64,000 bases of DNA, from NCBI GenBank assembly GCA_050633245.1, contig JBOEGD010000007.1, positions 82,196 through 146,195 of the forward strand, in the 5' to 3' direction. How positions within the stretch are numbered: the first letter of the stretch is position 1; each line of letters opens with the position of its first letter. This DNA is from Calditrichia bacterium (GTDB lineage Bacteria > Calditrichota > Calditrichia > RBG-13-44-9 > J075). The notes under the pieces were generated by a model. That model was not told where the DNA came from and did no database searches. It saw nothing but the letters and a program-made list of their open reading frames with translations. Positions 58,287-64,000 of the stretch are shown one piece after another. The position numbers and the translations under genes are program-made.

Positions 58287-61200
58287 ATGTTAAAAGGAAT
58301 TACGCTCTATCTTTGCTGCATAACCTTCTTCTCAGTTACAACATTTGCTCAGAACCTTGAGATCAACAGTATTTCTCCCTCACCAAACCAACTCAACGTC
58401 GATGCAAACTCGACACTGACCATTACATTTAACCTGGACGTCGATAATTCGACTGTAAATGCGAGCACCATTGTTCTGCGTGGAAGCCAAAGCGGCGTTC
58501 TACCCGCCACCTACGCGGTAAACAATGCCATTGTGGTGATCGATCCCGCAAGTGATTTCCGTTTGGGAGAGCGTATTTCGCTAACTCTCACTACAGGTAT
58601 CCAGAGCAGCGGCGGTTCGCCCCTACAGCGCGGACATACCTATTCATTTACCATTCGTAGTGCGACCGTAGCAACATCGGCTCTTTCCTTTGCGCAGCGG
58701 GATATGAGCAGCATTGGCCAACAAGGACGCGAAGTTCAGGCATTGGACTATGATAAGGACGGAGATCTGGATATTCTCGCATCTGCTGAGGGCGTGCCGG
58801 AAAGGCTGCATATTTTTGAAAACCGCGGCAACAATGAGTTTTGTGCCTTTCAACCGGGTGTTGCCTTCCGCTTTATCGAAATGTTCGATATTGACGGTGA
58901 TGGAGACTTCGACAGTTTTGGCTCTACCGGGGCCTTTGATACCGAAATAAACTGGTTTGAGAATGAGGGCTCCACTCCCTTTACGGAGCGCTTTATAAGC
59001 AGCACAGATCCGTGGACAATGACAGGCGGCGATATCGACAGCGATGGAGACATCGATCTTCTCGCAGCCGTGCTGATTCCAAACCGGCTACTGTGGTTCG
59101 CCAACGACGGGTCAGGAAATTTTAGCTCGGGAACGTCAATACCGACCAGCTTTGGTGGCGGCTCGGATTCATACTTCCATATTGTCGATATGAATGGCGA
59201 CGGAGCAATGGACATCCTCGCCTTTCAGCGTGACGACCGAACTCTGGTCTGGTATGAAAACGACGGATCGCAGAGCTTTACAGAAATCAATATCAACACC
59301 GGGACCGATCGCAGTCGCATTGAATATGGTGATATCGACAGCGATGGAGATATTGATATTGCCCGAAGCTCGCTCGAAAATTCACCTTCGGAGCCGCTCT
59401 CGTGGTTTGAAAATACCGGCAGCAGCTTCACCGAACATCCAATTACAACCTCGGCAACCAATAGACTGGCGGGTTTGTTTGTCGGAGATGCCGATGGTGA
59501 TGGAGCAACAGATATTCTTGCCGGAGCTTTTCTTTTTCGTAACGATGGTTCCCAGAACTTTGCAGAAGTATTAATTAACGAAGGTTTATCGACCGGTTTT
59601 ACCCCCTTCTCTTATGCTCTGGGACTGGCTGATATGGATGAAGATGGTGATATCGATCTGCTGTCTACGGGAATCTATGCCGTAAGCTGGCAGGAACGCA
59701 CTCCTCTAATGCAGGTTCTTTCAACTAACCCGCAAAACGGTGACGTCGATGTGGAGGCCGGTACGGGTATTCAGATAACTTTTTCGGAAGATGTTGGCAG
59801 TTCAGCAGCAAGCTCAATTCGTGTATACAGCCAGGTTCGGGGAAATATCGAGGGCACTATAAGCGGTAGCGGAAGCTCGACCCTAACATTCCAGCCAAAT
59901 GCAGTATTCCTGCCCGGAGAGCAAATTAGCGTTTCCATTCACCCCGAGACCGCCGGAGCAGATGGGAAGCTCGAAACCGGTTATGGATTTACATTTCAGG
60001 CGGCAACCAGGGCAACCAATCAATTTACATTCTCAGCTCATCCGATACAAAACATGGCAAGTAATGTGAGTGGATTGGATGTGGCAGACATAGATGGCGA
60101 TGGTGATATTGATTTGCTTTCAACCTCCTTCAGCGAGCTGTTTTGGCATGAAAACGACGGTAATGGATCATTTACACCTATTTCTCTACCGATAAGCGAT
60201 GTTCCGGTCTCTGTCTTTGCCACGGACTATAATACTGATGGCTTCATGGATATCTGGATAGACTACGATGGCGGTTCTTCGAGCAGCGTTTACCTGAATG
60301 ACGGTTCTCAAAACTTTAGCGAGCTAACCAATGTAGGTCGTGGCGAGCTGCAGCAAACGCTGGATATAAATCATGACGGTGATACGGATCTTCTCTTTCT
60401 TGCTTATATCAACGACTGGATACTTTGGACGGACTATGCCTGCGAAGGCCATATCGAAGTTGGCAACGTCCCTCGTGTTGCCACTCGGGCAGCGGTGGCA
60501 GCTGATATTGACAATGACGGAGATACGGATTTTATCGGTGCTGCATTTGGTGCAGGTGCCTCTCTCTATGAAAATGTTGGTCATATGCTGTATATCAACT
60601 CACCCATCGACAATGCAAATACGATTGCAGCAGAAATAGCAGATCTGAATAACGACAATATTCCGGATCCGATTTTTATTGAAAACTTCTCTGCTTTGGT
60701 CTGGTATCAAACCAGCCTCGCAGGAGATTCCATTAGTTTTGGTGCGCGCCAGGAAATTGCACCACTGAATCAGGATCCGCGGGACGTTTTAGCAGCTGAC
60801 ATTGATGGTGACGGTGATCCGGATGTTGTCGGCGTCAGTCGCAATGATGATAAAGTGGTATGGTATGAAAACCGGCTAAATGAAGTCGGCAACGACTTCG
60901 GCCCCGAGCAATCGATTGGTACCGCCTCAAATGGCCCTATTCAGGTTGAAGCTGCGGATTTAGATGGAGATGGCGACCTCGATATTATAGTTATTTCCGA
61001 ACAAGATGACAGGCTAATCTGGTTTGAGAACAACGGAACGCCCGTTGGAATTCACGACAACGATTCTCAAACAGCTCTCACGTTTCATCTTGCACAAAAT
61101 TATCCAAACCCATTCAACCCTTCTACCACAATTGAATACAGTCTGCCTCGCAGTTCAACAGTTACACTGGTTATCTATAATACGGCTGGTCAAAAAATAA

Positions 61201-61355
61201 AAACTCTCGTTAATGCGCAGCAGAAAGCCGGATCACAAATGGTTGACTGGGATGGGACAGATGATTCCGGCAATCGAGTTGCCAGCGGTATCTATCTGTA
61301 TCGATTAAAAGTGGAAGACAATATATTCTCTCGAAAAATGTTGCTTGTTCGTTAG
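58287..61355 (+). CDS. Secreted protein with (SbsA/Big_5 Ig + FG-GAP propeller)x2 and T9SS CTD
   Basis: RBS gagga, signal peptide, P....V....ITFN/FSE Ig starts, many DxDxDGDxD..WYEN repeats, QNYPNPFNP..WDGTDDSG..GIYLYRL..RKMLLVR. Confidence 0.88.
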   Translation: MLKGITLYLCCITFFSVTTFAQNLEINSISPSPNQLNVDANSTLTITFNLDVDNSTVNASTIVLRGSQSGVLPATYAVNNAIVVIDPASDFRLGERISLTLTTGIQSSGGSPLQRGHTYSFTIRSATVATSALSFAQRDMSSIGQQGREVQALDYDKDGDLDILASAEGVPERLHIFENRGNNEFCAFQPGVAFRFIEMFDIDGDGDFDSFGSTGAFDTEINWFENEGSTPFTERFISSTDPWTMTGGDIDSDGDIDLLAAVLIPNRLLWFANDGSGNFSSGTSIPTSFGGGSDSYFHIVDMNGDGAMDILAFQRDDRTLVWYENDGSQSFTEININTGTDRSRIEYGDIDSDGDIDIARSSLENSPSEPLSWFENTGSSFTEHPITTSATNRLAGLFVGDADGDGATDILAGAFLFRNDGSQNFAEVLINEGLSTGFTPFSYALGLADMDEDGDIDLLSTGIYAVSWQERTPLMQVLSTNPQNGDVDVEAGTGIQITFSEDVGSSAASSIRVYSQVRGNIEGTISGSGSSTLTFQPNAVFLPGEQISVSIHPETAGADGKLETGYGFTFQAATRATNQFTFSAHPIQNMASNVSGLDVADIDGDGDIDLLSTSFSELFWHENDGNGSFTPISLPISDVPVSVFATDYNTDGFMDIWIDYDGGSSSSVYLNDGSQNFSELTNVGRGELQQTLDINHDGDTDLLFLAYINDWILWTDYACEGHIEVGNVPRVATRAAVAADIDNDGDTDFIGAAFGAGASLYENVGHMLYINSPIDNANTIAAEIADLNNDNIPDPIFIENFSALVWYQTSLAGDSISFGARQEIAPLNQDPRDVLAADIDGDGDPDVVGVSRNDDKVVWYENRLNEVGNDFGPEQSIGTASNGPIQVEAADLDGDGDLDIIVISEQDDRLIWFENNGTPVGIHDNDSQTALTFHLAQNYPNPFNPSTTIEYSLPRSSTVTLVIYNTAGQKIKTLVNAQQKAGSQMVDWDGTDDSGNRVASGIYLYRLKVEDNIFSRKMLLVR

Positions 61356-61498
61356 CCTAAACACGCTTTTAGTCAAATAAAGATTCGTCTTTAAAATAGA
61401 AAAAAAATACTGCTCAAAACCAGAAGATTATTAGCCGTTTTTGTTACAAACGGCTTATATATTAAATTGTTAAATAATCGAAATGGCCGGAGCAGTTA

Positions 61499-63319
61499 AT
61501 GACATACAAAAATAGCTTTTTATTGATCCTCCTTGCTATTCTGGCATATGCGATCTGGTTAAGTAATGATTTTAAAATTATTGCTGCCGGAGTCGCTATC
61601 TTTCTATTCGGAATGTTGTTTCTTGAGCAGGGCTTTACGGCCTTTACCGGCGGTGCGCTTGAGACTTTGTTGAAACGATCGACTAATACACTTTGGAAAA
61701 GCCATTTTTTTGGTATTATAACCACATCATTAATGCAATCGAGCTCACTGGTATCTGTCATTACCATTTCATTTCTAAGTGCCGGGATGATCCAGCTTGC
61801 TGCCGGCGTTGGTATCATCTTTGGTGCCAATATCGGTACGACAACCGGGGCCTGGTTAATGGCCGGCCTGGGCATGAAGGTTAAGATTTCAGCCTACGCA
61901 ATGCCAATGCTGATCTTCGGACTGGTGCTAGTTCTCCAAAAAAAATCGCAGCTAAAAGGAATTGGTTATATTCTTACCGGACTTGGTTTTTTGTTTTTAG
62001 GTATCCACTACATGAAGGAAGGATTTGAAGCCTACAAGGAATCAATTAATCTGGTTAAGTTTGCAATGGACGGGTTTTCCGGATTAATCGTTTTTGCAGG
62101 CATTGGCATACTTGCTACGGTCATTATGCAGTCCAGCCATGCAACCTTGATGCTGATTATTACCGGTTTGGCAGCAGGACAAATCACATATGAAAATGCT
62201 CTTGCCCTGGCGATAGGTGCGAATATCGGCACGACGGTTACCGCCGTTCTGGGTTCAATAAGTGCCAACATTGCCGGTAAGCGCTTGGCTGCTGCCCATA
62301 TGGTGTTTAACTCTATCACCGCCCTCATTGCCATTCTTTTCATCAGTCAGTTTCGCTGGAGCGTCAACACCATCGCCGAAATAGTAGGCATTGCCGAAAA
62401 TGACTGGACGCTTAAACTGGCGATATTCCACACTCTTTTTAACATTACCGGTGTTCTGGTTATGCTTCCCTTTATCTCCCCTCTTGTTCAATTTTTGGAG
62501 AGAAAAATAACCTCGCCTCTAAAAGAGACCAGTGAGCGACAAGTAGGTCTACAGCCAATGTATCTGAATGATGCCGCGTTATTGCTGCCGGATACCGGCT
62601 TGGAGGTTGTAATTAAAGAGACATCAAACCTCTTCGACAATTCCTTCGAGGTTGTTGCACATGGCTTAAACCTTCACCGAACAGATATACTGATGGGGCG
62701 CAGCCTGGATGAAATTGTAGCTAACTCGAGGGAGTCCATGGAGATCGATGTACTCGAGAAATACTATGAAGGTATAAAAAACCTTTATAGCACAATTATT
62801 GAATTTGTTGCACGCGCCAGTGCAATTAACAATATTACAGAAGAGCAGTTAGCGTCTCTTTACAGTTTACGCATTGTTTGCAGGGAAATTGTTGAGATCA
62901 TAAAGGAAATATCCCATATGCGCCCCAACATTGAGCTATATATGGGAACTGACAATGAGTTCATGTTGCAGGAATATAATGCCATTCGAAAGAACCTGGC
63001 ATCTATCCTCAGGACGATATATCGCATTAGAGATTCCAAAGATGAAGTGTCTTTTTTTATAGCTCTTAAAGAGATGGAAGAAGACCTGGAAAAAAGCGAT
63101 GTATTGGCAAATGGAACGCTGGATAAGCTTATTAGAGATCAGTTGATATCTCCGGCGATGACGTCGAGCCTGATGAACGATAGTGCATCGGCGTATGAAA
63201 TCGGCAAAAAACTGATTGAAATCGCCAAACGCATGTTTACTGCGGAAGGAAGTGATTTAAAAGTAATTGAACAGGAATTGCTGCTTCAATCAGAAGAATT
63301 TTTGACTTCCACCGAATGA
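61499..63319 (+). CDS. Na/Pi cotransporter (YjbB/NptA) family protein
   Basis: Duplicated MQSSS/MQSSH and GANIGTT motifs; C-terminal soluble helical region. Confidence 0.9.
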   Translation: MTYKNSFLLILLAILAYAIWLSNDFKIIAAGVAIFLFGMLFLEQGFTAFTGGALETLLKRSTNTLWKSHFFGIITTSLMQSSSLVSVITISFLSAGMIQLAAGVGIIFGANIGTTTGAWLMAGLGMKVKISAYAMPMLIFGLVLVLQKKSQLKGIGYILTGLGFLFLGIHYMKEGFEAYKESINLVKFAMDGFSGLIVFAGIGILATVIMQSSHATLMLIITGLAAGQITYENALALAIGANIGTTVTAVLGSISANIAGKRLAAAHMVFNSITALIAILFISQFRWSVNTIAEIVGIAENDWTLKLAIFHTLFNITGVLVMLPFISPLVQFLERKITSPLKETSERQVGLQPMYLNDAALLLPDTGLEVVIKETSNLFDNSFEVVAHGLNLHRTDILMGRSLDEIVANSRESMEIDVLEKYYEGIKNLYSTIIEFVARASAINNITEEQLASLYSLRIVCREIVEIIKEISHMRPNIELYMGTDNEFMLQEYNAIRKNLASILRTIYRIRDSKDEVSFFIALKEMEEDLEKSDVLANGTLDKLIRDQLISPAMTSSLMNDSASAYEIGKKLIEIAKRMFTAEGSDLKVIEQELLLQSEEFLTSTE

Positions 63320-63334
63320 AACTGAGGAGACATC

Positions 63335-63598
63335 ATGACACAGAAAAAAAGGCTCAAAAAGATTGTCACTGCGGTTAAGAAAATATTGGGAGACAACACA
63401 AAAGTCAAGAAGCTTAAAAAAGCGAACGCGCTCAAAAGCTTTATTGAAAAGATGATAAAAAAGCGTCAGGAAATTAAAAAAACACTCGCAAAGGGCAAGC
63501 TAAAAAAAGATCGTGAGAGTGAGCTTGTACGGAATCTTGAAACGCTGAGTAAACAAATTAAGAAAGCAAAAAAAGTATTAGAGAAAATAGAAGCTTAG
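63335..63598 (+). CDS. Small, very Lys-rich helical protein
   Basis: RBS gaggaga 15 nt after the Na/Pi stop region; 27 Lys + 4 Arg in 87 aa. Confidence 0.7.
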   Translation: MTQKKRLKKIVTAVKKILGDNTKVKKLKKANALKSFIEKMIKKRQEIKKTLAKGKLKKDRESELVRNLETLSKQIKKAKKVLEKIEA

Positions 63599-63775
63599 TA
63601 AGCTTTTTCTTATCATGTAATCCGGCTCTAGCAGGTTTTAGCAGCACATTTACCAGTCTGGTAATATCTAAACGAACAGAATAGCCAGGCTACGGCACCA
63701 TCTCGTTTAGCCAGTTGGCTGGGTATTTCACCAGCCATCAATCGGGCTTGTTACATTCTGTAAGCTCCTCGATCG

Positions 63776-64000
63776 TTACCGGAAAAGATTTTGCAACGTC
63801 ATGACCGTTTTTTTAGTTTCTTCATTTCTTTTAAATTTCAAAACAATTTCCCTACCCGGCTCGCTTGCACAAAGACGCCATATATCTTCTAGCGTCAGTT
63901 TGTCTGCAGGCACTCCGTTTATGCGTATGAAAATATCCCCAGGCTCTAAGCCTGCAGTAGCAGCGGGGCTATGGTCATAAACCCGAAATACCGTTTTCTT
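63776..64000 (-). CDS. 3' end of a PDZ-domain protein (partial, absent from the ORF track)
   Basis: Open frame KKTVFRVYDHSPAATAGLEPGDIFIRING..VMTLQNLFR*. Confidence 0.8.
   Translation of the reverse strand, partial: KKTVFRVYDHSPAATAGLEPGDIFIRINGVPADKLTLEDIWRLCASEPGREIVLKFKRNEETKKTVMTLQNLFR

Noticed and set aside
279-62491. Many short antisense or nested ORFs in the six-frame track
   Set aside because: They lie within well-supported genes and show no recognisable motifs

Overview
Bacterial chromosomal window with dense coding and no rRNA, tRNA, CRISPR, transposase or reverse transcriptase seen. Gene content (SprA, PorV/PorQ pair, many NYPNPFNP..WDGxD C-terminal sorting domains, many secreted peptidases) suggests an FCB-group or Calditrichota-like organism; this taxonomy is inferred. 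Left to right: three tandem LruC-domain lipoproteins; a convergent type IX secretion (T9SS)-like operon (sprA, prmA, lipoprotein, beta-propeller with CTD, two PorV/PorQ barrels); cmk/rlmN/adk; a lipoprotein-coupled RsbU/V/W partner-switching module with no sigma factor; a LiaF-like/LytS/LytTR module with likely LytTR boxes; a TRAP transporter lacking DctP next to a 3x65-bp palindromic array; a co-oriented redox string (NDH-2, redoxin, HlyIII, CX4CH lipoprotein, thioredoxin, ApbE, DUF4266, DUF3570) ending in a secreted GH53; a peptidase/amidohydrolase cluster; a doubly frameshifted gene bracketed by heptamer arrays; an FG-GAP CTD protein; a Na/Pi cotransporter with a very Lys-rich partner; and the 3' end of a PDZ gene. 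Intergenic DNA holds several REP/MITE-like elements and a few candidate structured RNAs. All family calls come from motifs recognised by eye, not from database searches.
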